NCBI GenBank assembly: GCA_003693705.1
Contig: RBZT01000106.1
Span: forward strand, 1 to 64,000
DNA: 64,000 nucleotides
DNA from: Polymyxa betae A26-41
Lineage: Eukaryota; Protista; Endomyxa: Phytomyxea
Reading direction: 5' to 3'
The notes beneath the pieces were generated by a model. It was not told the DNA's origin. It did no database searches and saw only the letters and a program-made list of their open reading frames with translations. The position numbers and the translations under genes are program-made. Shown here piece after piece: positions 25,218 through 37,955 of the stretch (positions within the stretch are counted from its first letter, which is position 1; every line of letters starts with the position of its first letter).

Positions 25218-25928
25218 TCAACGGGCGCCTTCTCTTGATGACAGGTTCGCTACGTCAAGTTCAAGCAGGATCCCAGCTCGATCACAAAACATCTTGAAAT
25301 GTTGCTGGACACGATTAAGATCATTACGATTGGCCACATACGTCATCGATATAGTTCCACATTCTTTCAATCGGTAGGCAATCTCAACAGCTTGGTCCGG
25401 AACGACAGTATCAAGGGCGACAGGATAATTCAGCAATCGGGCCAATGTGGAATCTGAGACAGACGGACGGGAGAACAGATTTGGCCCAACTTGTGGATAG
25501 AACGAATGTCGAATGTTGATGAAGACCAGCGAACCCGATAAATCTAAGCATGGGCTCTGCAGCTGATCAAGTTGCCGTACAACGATTTCAGCCTGGTCCT
25601 TTAACAGTATCAGCTCGCAGTACATTACTGTGAAATGCAATACCGATTTGAATCCATCAATACCACTCGGGACGACGACATTATCCCAGAAATAGCCCCG
25701 ATATCGAGCTGGTATTTCGGATGCGATAACAACGGGTTTTAAACCTCGAAGACAGAAGAGAATCTCAGCATGAATCCTGAGAGCATCAGATCGAACGCCC
25801 TTAGCATCCAGACATTGGACGAAATCGTCATTGGCCACAAGCGTTGACCAACAGGCGTCCTCGATCTTCCGAAACTTCCTCCAGAATGCGACCGCTGAGC
25901 ATCCAGAGCCTTCGCGATCCACGCCCAT
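25218..25928 (-). CDS. Hypothetical protein
   Basis: 236-aa ORF with globular composition; may include a short in-frame intron near 25600-25630. Confidence 0.6.
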   Translation of the reverse strand: MGVDREGSGCSAVAFWRKFRKIEDACWSTLVANDDFVQCLDAKGVRSDALRIHAEILFCLRGLKPVVIASEIPARYRGYFWDNVVVPSGIDGFKSVLHFTVMYCELILLKDQAEIVVRQLDQLQSPCLDLSGSLVFINIRHSFYPQVGPNLFSRPSVSDSTLARLLNYPVALDTVVPDQAVEIAYRLKECGTISMTYVANRNDLNRVQQHFKMFCDRAGILLELDVANLSSREGAR

Positions 25929-26045
25929 ATCTTGTTCTGACTAGGAAATGCAGAGCTGGGCGCCGAACCCGGAACGATGATGAGTCAATGGAGGTCAGAA
26001 GATCTCGTGATCGCATTAATCCACGTCACTACTGCCCCCCTGTAA

Positions 26046-26165
26046 TAAATAGGGCTCACTCATATCAATCATCTAATAATAGGGCTCTCTCATATCAATC
26101 TTTTTAATGAGTCTCTCTCTCATCTCTCCCTTTCTCTCTCTCGCTCTCTCTGTCTCACTCTCTCA
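26046..26165. repeat. 30-bp tandem duplication grading into a CT microsatellite
   Basis: AATAGGGCTC(A/T)CTCATATCAATC at 26048 and 26078, then a (CT)n-rich tract. Confidence 0.8.
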
Positions 26166-26264
26166 TCATTTAACATTCTCTTATTAGAAAAATATTCATT
26201 AGCAATGTTTACATGTTTGTTTGATGAGAACATTGCTTGGATATCGGGCCTGCGACTCCATCTT

Positions 26265-27609
26265 TTACCAACTGGGAGTACGACTCTTTGTCTTTGTTGT
26301 TTTAGGAGTGATGAGCAGCAGCGATTCGTCAAGCTATCTAGATTTATTTTTACTTTTATAATAGCGGGAATTTCCATGCAGTCGTGTACATTCAGCTAGT
26401 TCGGTGTTCGGCAGGTTAGTTTCCATCGGCTCCAAAGACTTCATGTCAACAATCTCTTTGCGAGCAACGACTGGTTCGGTTTGCGATGGTCTCATCTCGT
26501 TTGCGGTTTGACTTGCGACTTTCAGATCGGTTTTTAAAATTTGAATCTTTTGCTTTAGCAGCGCCTTCAAATCCATATTCAGTTTTATAGAACGTTTTTG
26601 TAGTCAAAACACCTGTTTCGCTTTTGAGCCTGCTTGGGCTTCTTTCAGTTTCTCCTCTAATTTGGAAATTTCTTCTTTTGCTCTTGCCTCTGACAATTGC
26701 AGGGATTTGCTTAACGATTCACATTGCAATGCATACTCATTAATAATCTGGTCACTTTCGCTAGCCTGTTTGAAGATTAAATAGGACATCCGGCATCTAA
26801 AAAGTCGACTTTGCCTCTTTAATGCGATCTTTTTGGCATTGATCCAAAGCTGTTCGTGCTCTGTTTAGCTCGATTGCAGCCGCCTGACGTTCGCATTGAG
26901 AATTGCTCCTTAGTACTTGCGATTTCTACCTTAATCAATTCATGCATCACACTCTTATCTTGCTCTTCTCTATCTTCTTGTTGATGAGCCATCTGCATTT
27001 TTACCCATTACTTCAAATATCGTCATTTCAATGTTCTCACCTGATGCAATGACAAATTTCGTTTTCTCTCAACCTCCAACTCGTCTTGGCATTTTACCAG
27101 CTCTTCCTTGAACTTTATATTCTCTTTTCTCGACTTGCCCAGCTTTTCCTCCAGAATCTGAGAAAGTCCATTTCATTATAGATGACTTATTATAGAAAGC
27201 ATTCAACCTGTAAATTAGTTTGCGATGTTTTTAATTCGTTCAATTCGTGATGGCATTGCTCCACTGCTTTTCGGCAGCGATCGCGCTCGTCAGTTACCTC
27301 TTTCAGTTGCTTCGCGTGTATATCAGCAGTTTTCTTCACCTGATTTTCCAATTCTTCTTTTTGAGACAACCGCATGTGTCGTTCTCTCAACAGATCTCTT
27401 TGCAAATTCATCACCGATTGCTTCCAAACATTTCGTTCGAATTCATGCTTTTTATCAAGGTCCTGCTTGTCTTTAGTTATGGACTCAATGAGGGCGAGCA
27501 GCCGTTTTTCTTTTGTCCCTACACTGAACCTGATACGAGAAAATTATTGAATCGTAACTTTGTCAACCTTCTTCAATAAAATCGGTTCGGCCAGGGACAA
27601 CGTCTCCAT
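26265..27609 (-). CDS. Coiled-coil protein, multi-exon
   Basis: E/K/Q/L-rich heptad exons (27190-27414, 26604-26789, 26334-26576) separated by short introns. Confidence 0.7.
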
Positions 27610-28693
27610 TCATTCTTAGACCAGAGATTCGTTAATGGTACAAATATGGATCGTTGTTCCATTCTTTGGAATAATTAACATCTGCATAACGAATACTGTT
27701 TCGACGATGCATCAAACGTAATAAAACGAATCGTACAATATTGCTAATTTTAATCAAATCGACAAGCTAGCTGCAATCCATATCAGAATGGATTCGAGTC
27801 AACGGGCGATGCAGCACAAGGCCTGAGGTATGCCGGTTCATCACCTTTGTAATCTTCAGGAGCTCCTACCACCGTTTTCGAGCTAGCAATATTACACCGA
27901 TTCCATATCAGAAGCGTGCCGTGTTGATCTACAGAGATAACCATATAGATCGGTAATTAGTGTTGTCGTAAGACGCCCAAGCTTTGCATCGATGTTGAAC
28001 CCGGCGAGGGTTCTTACCATTGCTTACTCAGAATGTTTCACCTTGGCGAACCCGAATCAGAAAGCAAGCACTTCTCGCGCAAGTAAAGCCTTCTACAAGA
28101 CGGATCGCGATATTCAAACATCCCCTCGACGAGGAGTCTTTATGTAGTCATCAAATTCGAAAACTAATTGCAAACAAGATTTCGACAGAGGGAAAACTGG
28201 CAGAGCTGGTTATTTACACCCTACATCGATGAAAAGCCACATACGATCCGTTGATAGATTGAATGTAAAAAAATCATACACCCGAATACCACAACTAGTC
28301 TTTTGGAATCAATACAGTCCAGAAATCATCCTAGAAACATCTACAATCTTGATAAAATTCCAGCTTATATACATGTTGTAGGGATTCGATTCTCTAATCA
28401 CCAACCGATCCAAACCGAGAGCAACGTAGACTTTCGTATTGCTGAGCTAAACCCCATGACGATGAGATCCCCTCAGCATGCAATATTGCGAGTCGGTGAG
28501 ACAGGTTTGACTATGAGCGAAGTCGAGCTCGAAGGGGAATGATCTTTAAAAGGCGCAATTTGTAAGGAGACCATCTCTGACAGTATTCAGTGTATTGTTA
28601 CACTGTCTGGTGATATAGCCTATTTAGGTATTATCGCCTCTCACATTGTCATCATTCATTACATCTACCAGATCGCTAGAGCAACTCTTAGGC

Positions 28694-30782
28694 ATGGCAG
28701 GGCCAATCTCGGCCCCGGTTCTCTTGTATTCCGCCTGCACATGCGTCCTGATGGCCATGGCTGTGGCACCAGCCATGCCAACCAACCTGACCGCATTTTT
28801 CGTTTTGGTCCTGAGCTCGCCACTGAATGCTTTAATCACGTTCAACTTTTTATTCATGTTATCAGTCGTCGTGGCTCAGATTACCTCCAACATAGGTCAG
28901 TATTCGCTGAAGAGTTTCGTCAGCGTCACTAAATAGTGTTGATATAGTGTTTGGGACTATATCTGACGAAGAGATAGCAATTGTGAAAGAGTCGGCCAGG
29001 AATTTTATTATGTTCAAATCGGTATACGTGTTCAGCGCCTTATATGCCGCTCACTATACTGATTTATTTATTTGGATGATATGTTTTTTGATATTCGGCT
29101 GGGTAAACTTCGTGATTTTTTCACTTTCTAGCCTTCTCTAAATTGCACTCAGCTTCGAGCGTTTGTTGCGCTGTCCTATCACAGATTATCCCATTTAGAT
29201 TACCAGCAAGAGGCACTTAATCAGAACAGGAAAACCCTGTTTTCATTCATACTCGGATGTCTGATGGTGGACGTCTGCTTTATGGCGTTATTGATCAGTG
29301 TTTTCTCGACTGCTGGATGGAGACCTTTAGTTTTATTAATTCACGAAGGTGTTTTAACAGCGATAGCCTGTGTTTGCTCGGTAGGCCACTGCAAACTGTT
29401 TTATTTGTTGTAATTTTTTTTGCAGATCATTCTGTATGGCTTTCAAGTCATGGATCATATGAGTTCTGCCGACCACACGCAGAAAGCTTTTTATCTTGAC
29501 AGCGCAGGAGAAATCATTATCCAAACCGTCTCTTTAATACTGCTTCTTCAGGTTTGGGCTGCTTATGGCCTTTCACTTACAGGTGAATTCACAAATATTT
29601 CGCTTCGCGACGTACTTATTCTTCGTAGTCGTAGACATGTTCTTCTTCATGATAGTTAGAGCGGTTTATGTCCGGATATCTGCTCGCATTGCATCTTTGA
29701 TTGCATATCGTCGAGTCTTATACGACATCAATACAAGATTCGCCGACGCAACAGCAGAGGTGTGTTTCTCTGTAGCTGTTTTTTTTTGTAAAGTAATAGG
29801 GCTTTAGGAGCTGCAAGCTTTAGACGATCACTGTGCAATATGTCACGAGCAGCTTCAATTTGGAGCCACTAAAAAGCTACCTTGCTCTCATTTCTTTCAC
29901 TTACCATGCCTCAGGCAATGGATGAAATATCGCAGAAGTTGTCCTGTCTGCCGATCGGATCTACTAAACTCGGACAACAGTAACCGGCCATCAGGAGCAA
30001 GCAGACAGCCGCTACCCAATCAATGGGGATTGCGTCGTCTTTTCCATTTTAATACAGGAAACTGGGCGTCATGGATGCCTAACATCTCCTTTGAAGTCGT
30101 TCGAGGAGTATGTATTGCTGATCTTAATGAATTGTCCTCTCATTTTCCTAGCAGGTTCATGTCGCTCCAGTTGTAAGGAGAAATCTGGTTCAGGTCCCAC
30201 CTGTTCATATCCTGTCCGAAATGTTCCCCAATATGCCCGACGATGTATTGCAGCGCTATTTAGATCAAGCTAATGGTGTTCTCGCTATCGCCATTGAACA
30301 TCTTATGATTGATAATAATGGCGGGGGAGATGCCACTAATGCAGCTGAAGATGGTTCTGATCCTTCAGGCAGTCCAGGCAATGACAGCTCTGAGCCTTTT
30401 GACAATTTGAACAGTGGCCGCGCTGAACTTCTCAATAATGGTGCCCCTGAGGCTTCGGAAGACGCAAGTAATGGTGAGGTTTTTGACGAATCCGCTCCAT
30501 TTCCCATTGTGCAGAATAACAACGATTATGTTGATGATGGTGTTGTTGAGTCCACTGAAGCCATTAATTCCAGCTCCGAAACTGTCCAGCAACCTGAGGC
30601 CGTTCTGAATTCCGATGAAACTTTATCGATGCTCAGGAGACGGGTTCCTCGTAGTACATCGAATATAGACGAGAGAAGGTATGTGAGTCTCTATTACAGA
30701 TATATAGTTTGGTTTAATAACTGTCAGGGTGGCTGGGGTTTCAAGGTCAGAAGCTTTAGCTAGGGGCGAACAACCACCTTAA
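28694..30782 (+). CDS. ERAD E3 ligase, gp78/AMFR (RIN2)-like: TM region, RING-H2, CUE
   Basis: VFGTISDEEIAIVKESARNFIMFK; CAICHEQL...LPCSHFFHLPCLRQW...CPVCR; CUE-like LSEMFPNMPDDVLQRYL...AIEHL. Confidence 0.85.
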
Positions 30783-31312
30783 ATTTGATATTAAAACATT
30801 TCATCTTAATCTACGATTTGTCTGAGTCAGACAGGTGAAGTGAGGTCAATTGGTAAAGATCTTCGGGGATTCTGGAAGTCCATTTCCGAACAACATTCGC
30901 CTTTGGAAACATCAACAAACCAGCTTTCTCAAATACTTCCAGGACCACGTCAACATTAAATGCAAATAGCGTCTTTAGAAACCCGACATCAACGAGTTCC
31001 AGTTCTCGAGACGATATGTTACTTCCTCCAAATTTCTGGATTTATGATCAGCTCTTTTGATGTAGCCAATCGTTCCGTTTGGATTGTTGATTGTGTTCAC
31101 ATTGGTATTGTAAACAGCATCAAACAATGATAAGACAAGTGGTCTATTCTGGATTGCAACCGCCGGCTTGGTCCCGAGACCAGCCCGCACCAGGAGCTCA
31201 GCCTCAGAATGTATCTGTATGTGAGGAGTAATTGAGAGGGTACAGGACGTCCCCTCACAATTAATGTGAGATAGATCATGAACAGTACTGCTAGAACGTG
31301 CCATTATATTGA

Positions 31313-32395
31313 ATGTCGCCCATACAACGTACTGGCTCGGTATCAGATCTGAGCGCATTTCGAAGCCGCCTCCAACCTGATCAACGTCGACATCCTTCAT
31401 GGAAGCTGTCCACTCAGATACGGGATGTACTCAGCGAGTCATGCCGGCCCAGAACAGCGTTCTCTTCAACATCATCATCACCGGGAATGATCGTATCGCC
31501 TGAGGCTAGCCTAGCAGATCAACTTCCGTCTGCAGATAAGACGTGGGATTGGTTCTCAAATCAGTCGCGCTCGATCGCCAGATCCAGCTTTCGTTGCGGC
31601 TCTGTCCTTCTCACTGATTCCGCCAATGTCGAATGCGAACAACGCCCTACAACCAGCGGTTTCGACCGTGACCCGATTCTGGAAGGCGATGTGCTCGAGT
31701 TCATCCCGGAACGGCGCGCGTTCCCGGCCGCCTCTCATCGCATCTTCGAGACCGGGGAGAACGCCCGCGAGCCCGGACGTCGTCTGCGCATGTCCCAGCC
31801 GACCTACGACCCGACTCGAGCCGGTGTTCGGACCGACCAGCAGCCCGAATTCCGCCCTTGTTTCCGTCGGGTTCCAATCCCGCCTTCGTACCATCAGGAG
31901 CAGCCGATCACACCGCGAACGGCGCCGCGATCACATCTCTGGCGCTCCCGCGATATCATCACCCAGCAGGACGCCGAATTCGTACCGGCCCCGACCTCCA
32001 GCATCAAGACGTTCCCGGCTCATCTGCGATCCGGGGTGGGTCGTGACCCGGAGCCGTACCGGCCCGTCAAGCGCGTGTTGCGCCCGTCGGAATCGGAGAC
32101 GGCGCTGCGTACCATGCATTACTGCATGCCGCCGGACGAGGGCCACCAGACCCAGGCCAGTACGTCGGCCGTCCGACGATGCGATAAGAATGCGAACACA
32201 GGCGGCGATGTGATCAACTATCGATTCTCAGGCGGGATCTGCCCGTCATCCAGGATGTTGGATGATTCCCGTCAGCACGAGCATCAGCTGTATGAAAGGC
32301 AACTGCAGCTCAGCCATCGGACAGAGGTCGTACACACCCAGCAGTTGTTCAAAGACAATCTTGAACGTGCTAGAAGACGAACATCGATCTTTTAG
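31313..32395 (+). CDS. Hypothetical R/P/S-rich protein
   Basis: 360-aa ORF with GC3-rich codon pattern in its centre; no recognised domain. Confidence 0.65.
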   Translation: MSPIQRTGSVSDLSAFRSRLQPDQRRHPSWKLSTQIRDVLSESCRPRTAFSSTSSSPGMIVSPEASLADQLPSADKTWDWFSNQSRSIARSSFRCGSVLLTDSANVECEQRPTTSGFDRDPILEGDVLEFIPERRAFPAASHRIFETGENAREPGRRLRMSQPTYDPTRAGVRTDQQPEFRPCFRRVPIPPSYHQEQPITPRTAPRSHLWRSRDIITQQDAEFVPAPTSSIKTFPAHLRSGVGRDPEPYRPVKRVLRPSESETALRTMHYCMPPDEGHQTQASTSAVRRCDKNANTGGDVINYRFSGGICPSSRMLDDSRQHEHQLYERQLQLSHRTEVVHTQQLFKDNLERARRRTSIF

Positions 32396-32461
32396 CTCAT
32401 TCTGTTCTGCAGAATCTGATAAATTGATTGAAACCACGATATGATTGATTTTGAGCTGATT

Positions 32462-33207
32462 TTATGTGCAATTGATTGGGATAATCGGGATCTCATTGAT
32501 AACAGCATAGCTACTGAAATCGAATCGGTTCTTCATATCGAGATGATACCGATCGGTAGTGACCCGACGAGGGTGCTGCGATTTCAACATCGCCTCGAAT
32601 TGCCTTTCCTTCATAGTCAACGGAACGACCTCAGCCTGACCTGAGCGGCGCGGCGTTAACGGCGGTGCCGACCTGCCTGGACCCGCCCAGGTCGGCGTCG
32701 TCCTGGCCGATCTCGGCTTGTTCGAAGCAGAGTTCGGCTTCCGATGTGCGAACGTGACAATTTGGCAGGGTTCACGAGGCGTTGCCGCCAACGCCCGATC
32801 CGCGAACAAGCCCGGCGTTGGCGTCGTCGTCAGCGGCCCCAATCGTGGTATCACCATCGGCTTCGTATTAACGAACTGCCAACGACGTCGCCGGCGCTGG
32901 GTGCGAATCTGTTGGACACGTTGCTTTAGCTGGACCTGAGCCAGCTCGTCCAATCGCAGCAGCTCGATGCGCTGCTTTACTCGAGCTAGGACGCCGCGCA
33001 CAGGTCGTGGCGTCTTACCGCTGCCGGCGACGGCCTCGGCCAGAATCTGCACGAAGGTCGTCTGCGAGCTGCAGATTGCTGAAGGCAGTCAACGTCTGGA
33101 TCGGAGGAATCGTGACGCTCTCACCGATATGATAGCGACCCAGGCCAGCACGGGCGTCGTTCGGCAGTATTAAGAGCCGAACACGGCCAACGCCTTGACA
33201 GGTCCAT
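32462..33207 (-). CDS. Hypothetical basic protein
   Basis: Short first exon (MDLSRRWP...) spliced to the 196-aa ORF 32462-33052. Confidence 0.55.
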
Positions 33208-33840
33208 TGAGGAGCAATATGATCACTTTTGCTGACAAACATTGTGAGATGTGATTTGTTCGATGTTGATGATGTGACCGTGATAGAGAAGCAGAACGAG
33301 GTCTGTGTCCATTGTATAGATGAATACCAGGTCTGTCCTTCTAACACTTGAAATTGCTGGAAATCACCAATTGTTAGAATTGGACCTGATCAAGCGTATC
33401 AGAGACGTCTGCACATCATCAATGCTGAGTACCTGATCTGCTAAAGGCCATCGTGATCCCTGATCGATCAGTGCCTTGAGGTGCAATTTGGGAATTGTTT
33501 TGTTTTAAGAAATTGACACTGGCCAGGGCAGCAATTGCATTCGCCTTAAATGGACGTTTCAAGGCGGTTTGATGGTGAAATGTCGAACTGGACTCCAGAT
33601 TGATCATAATAATTGAATGAGTACACTCTCGAACTTTACACCAAAAAACGTTTTGCCAAATCAAGATTAGACGTCTCATTGATCAAGTGAGCACTATTGT
33701 TAAGTAAACATCGACGACAGCTGAATATCTTTGAAAACTGTACTCTAGCATCTTAAGACCTGCAAACGTCAGATAAGGTCAGATACGCCATACTGAATGT
33801 TTCCACAAATATGATCTGTATTTTAACTTAGAAGTTAAAT

Positions 33841-36445
33841 TTATACCTGCCTCTGAAAACAATAAATATAAGCCATATCTATAGGAGGACTGATTGATTC
33901 CGACACCTTGTTATCGTTAAAATAAACCTATTTTGAATGAGATGTGATGAGTGTCGAACGAACCGACAAAACCCTTCTTACCCATCGTTTATCTTGAGCG
34001 TTATAAACATGAGCAACGTAATGGCCGAAATGAATGGATGATCCTAGATGAGTGATCATACCTGTAAGATTGTATACAGCAGGAACTTGACTACCAGGCA
34101 TAATCTCAGGTTCTTCAGCATGGCTCATCAACCAATCAGCAGCACGTTGAACATCGCCGTTCGTCTCCGATAACGCTTTCTTGCAGCGTTCTTCATCGAA
34201 CCCCATTGAGCTCAACATAGAGAGGCCTTCAGTGTCAAAAGCTGTAGAACTTGTAGAAGGTTCCGCAATTGGCTCATTTAGCTCTGGATCGTCCAGGTGT
34301 GCAAACATCCAATCAGCCGCCGAGTTAACATCGGAATTATTGACAGCCTTTAAAGCACGAACACAGGCGATCGTGCTGAAGCCCATCGTTAACAGCTGCT
34401 GAAGCAATTCCTCGCTAGGAGCAAAGTTATGCGATTCGGTGTCTGGAAGGGAGATCTCATCGGGAGCCTGGCCATGACCTCGAAGATCTTCGAAACTGAT
34501 ATTCGTCATTGGGACGGAAACCTTGGTCTGCATCTTTTTAGGAACCCAATCGGTATAGTTGAATCGTTGCATCTGGACAATTAAGACATCTGGAAACGTC
34601 AATAGACGATGCGAGATCTCAGCTGTCGTCGTCGTTTGACAATGAGGACATTTGAACTCGGCTGTTTTGGTTTCCTTGAACAGCTCCAAACACCTTTGAA
34701 ATGAGATTGTTTCTTCCGTCTCTCCTGCCGGAATCTCCAAAGATATATCGGAGGTGTTGATATTGGTATAACGTACCCTCTGACAAGATGAGCATCGCAG
34801 GCGTTGCTCAAGCATGAAGCTAAAAGCCGAACTTGGATCAAGATTTGGGTCTGAGCGCTCTTGCTTACGAATTTCTTGCAGCAAATACTGGAAGAATTGC
34901 ATGGCATCTTGCTGACGGAAAGTTCGGAATTCAGGATGCTGAGAGCTGATTAATCGCTTGAACATCGATGGTGAGATTCCTGGCTGTGTTAACAATTCGT
35001 CGACATCCTTCGGGGGACATTTGGACCACGAGCCACTTAACAGCCCAGTTGCTAATTTCGCCATCTGACATTGATAGCAGTCCCATGGCCTCCAGCTGCG
35101 GCATGACTTCAAATGCTCTTCTCCCAGAGAATAATACCGCTGGCAGAAAGAAGGTAAAGAGAACAATACTTGGACAGTGGACGCCAAGTAACAGCTGTTG
35201 CCGAGATTCTTCAGGCCAGTATAACCAGGCCCATACAGTAATTTCATCGCCTCATCTTTCTCGATCACCTTGTTCCATTCACTAGAGATATCCAATCAGC
35301 AAGCTGATTATGATTATCAATACGACACTGACTGATTCAAGTTCTGTTCCAGTTCCATTTCAGCCATCGTTTTGCTGGTTTTCTGCATATCGTTGGTTGC
35401 AATTCCGAGGCATTGCAGATGAGCGATAAGATTCTCGTCAATACGCATCTCATCGCAAGCATAGCAGTAAATATCTGCTGTTCCCTCAGGTGTAATCGTC
35501 CCCAGCTAGATGGCGTTCAGAATAGAAAACGCGAAGAGTAGATTGGCGCCATACCTTGCAAACAACATTGTGCCCTGTAGCCTGATTATGCTCAACACCA
35601 TGATTATTACCACCACCGCCACCAAAAACGGAACGTGCGCATCCCAACGAACCGCAAGTCATGCATAGCCAAAGATTGTCTTCTAAACAGATCAATGTTA
35701 GATATAAGTTTGAGAGAAAAGTTCAGTTGACTGACTTAGATCGCAGGAATCGCAATGAGCAAGAGATTTTTGTGACAATGTATGTACCTCCAATTGCTGT
35801 AAATTTTGTGTATGCTCACAGGGAGTACGTTGTTCTTCCCAAGCCTCAACAGCGCTCTGTCGAAAAACCCATTAGCTGGAACGACACTATTCAATAGTTC
35901 AATTACTTGATTGGTCAATGATTTATGGTCCAAAATGGCGTCGATAATGGATTTGAATTGACCAGTGCTGATTTTCGAAGCCTGTGGACATTGCATGCAT
36001 GCTAGTTGGGTAGAGGTCTCATACTGAACAGCTTCAGGCAACGGGAATCCGTTCTCACCACCAATGGCAAGTTTGGTAACCTGCAAGCAGATGTATAAAA
36101 AACGGGTCTGGATATTCCCTGCGCTCTGCTCACCTTTGCAGGTCTCAATTCTTTGGGATCTGTTTTACCTGGAAGAGCCTTTTTAATGAGATGAATCGCA
36201 TATGAATGTGATGTGACTCTCGAGTGATTTGCTGCATGCACCTGACAACCACCATTCCAACATTTTGTGCAGATATATAAGCCGCCGATTGATTCCTAGA
36301 TAGACTTCAGATCGTCATCGCCATACTGCGACGCTCGAACCGGAGTCTGGAAACACTGCGAGCATTCATCATTGAGGACCATGGACGAATGCTCAGGCAT
36401 CCTGAAGTCCTGGTCGCTGATCGATGACAGATGCTGGCAGGCCAT
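33841..36445 (-). CDS. USP5: Ubiquitin-specific protease USP5/USP13 (Ubp14): ZnF-UBP, Cys/His boxes, two UBA domains
   Basis: GPGYTGLKNLGNSCYLAS, RQQDAMQF, NLWLCMTCGSLGCAR...GGNNHGVEH, two MGF UBA motifs, ITHLGSSIHFGHYVAH. Confidence 0.95.
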
Positions 36446-36822
36446 AGTGCGATTATGGACCTTGATGCAAAGATGACAAAGCTAATAGCGCTATGTGGGC
36501 TACGCTACCCTCTCAATATTCAACCATCACCATCATTATAGGACTCATCATATCACATACCTCGATCTAGGTCATCAAAGCCAAATCCAGATTACCTTCA
36601 ATGTCTGCTAAAATAAGTACTACTTTCAGTGTCAAGTTTGTACGAATTCTTCTTCGATCTCCATTAAGTTGATAATACAGGATTTTTTTACCGTGGACTG
36701 ACCTTATTTTATTATAAGGCGATCGTTGTTAAGCCATTCGACCTGGAATGCTAAGTAGGTTTACTGGACGAGAAGACGATAGCAGTTGATAGCGCAGCAT
36801 TTCTTTATCGTTGTCGTTCATC

Positions 36823-37823
36823 ATGGACACTCTCAGCGACCTGATCTTATTGTCGCTGGGTGTCTTCTTATGCACGATACTGCCCGGGCTGGTCCCGGTC
36901 TGGATGGGTTGTGGCCGTCAAACGTCCAGGAGCGGCTTCTATATCACTCTTCTTGATGCTATCGCTGCTGGCTTGTTTATGGGTACTGTACGTTCTGTTA
37001 GTATGGATGGCATTTGTCTATAAATCTGGTTACAGGCAGTTTCAGTGATAATTCCCGAAGGAATTCACTTCATTTTGGATGCAAACTGCTCGGCTGGGAT
37101 CCCCAAACTGTTCGGTTTATCCATTAACCTGGGTTTCGCATTCATGCTGATAATCGATCGGATCCCTTTCAGCTCCGAGGATCCAAAAAAAAAGCCCAAC
37201 GCAGAAGACGTTTCACTTGCTGGTGGTTGCAATGCAGATAACAGGTTCCAATATTAAACCTCTCAGATTCACGTTTGTCTCAAAAATCATTCAGGCATCA
37301 TAATCACTCGACGTTCATTGGTCTGCTTGTGCATTCTGCTGCGGATGGCGTCGCCATGGGCGCTGTTTCGCTGTCTCACGAATCATCGGTGGAATTTTTT
37401 GTATTCCTTGCCTTGATCCTTCACAAAGGTCCAGCTAGTTTTACATTAGTCGCACAATTTCTGCAGCAAAACCGAAGACGTTCCATTATCCTTCGAAATT
37501 TGATTCTGTTTTCGGCTGCTGCGCCGATTGCTGCTATATCTACATTTATTTTATTTGCTGACAAGAACGAGGCTTTGAGTAAAGAGCGACTTGGGGCATT
37601 GATGTTGTTTTCTGCCGGGACATTTCTTTTTGTTGCTGTAATGCACGTTTTGCCAGAGACTCTAAAACACGAAAACGGTGCGTCTGTGTCATGGTCTACG
37701 ATTGCTGCCGTTATCATCGGTATGATTTTACCAAGCTTTCTTAGTGCCAGCCATGGTCATTCCGGTGATGTGCAGCCGGCGTTGGATCTGAAAGCAAACA
37801 ATCATGCACTTCATCAGCATTGA
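36823..37823 (+). CDS. SLC39A9: ZIP9-like zinc transporter
   Basis: AAGLFMGT...IIPEG; IGLLVHSAADGVAMGA; LILHKGPASF; FSAGTFLFVA. Confidence 0.88.
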
Positions 37824-37955
37824 ATGAAGTTGCCAAACATAATGTAATATATATCATAGAAATAGGACAAAACGCCTATTCTCCCAGAAATAGCAATCAA
37901 ACAATCGATTATGACTTATCGTTACGAAAATAAGAGTTTGCATGTATAAACAGAA

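Noticed and set aside
26120-26377. ORF ending in RERERER
   Set aside because: Translation of a CT microsatellite past the likely true stop at 26265.
30975-31400. 141-aa minus ORF overlapping the start of the 31313 gene
   Set aside because: No recognisable domain or splice support; cannot be distinguished from a chance ORF.
31626-32213. Overlapping R/S/P-rich ORF (also 48575-49093 and 49269-49745)
   Set aside because: Off-frame or antisense ORFs expected in GC-rich coding patches.
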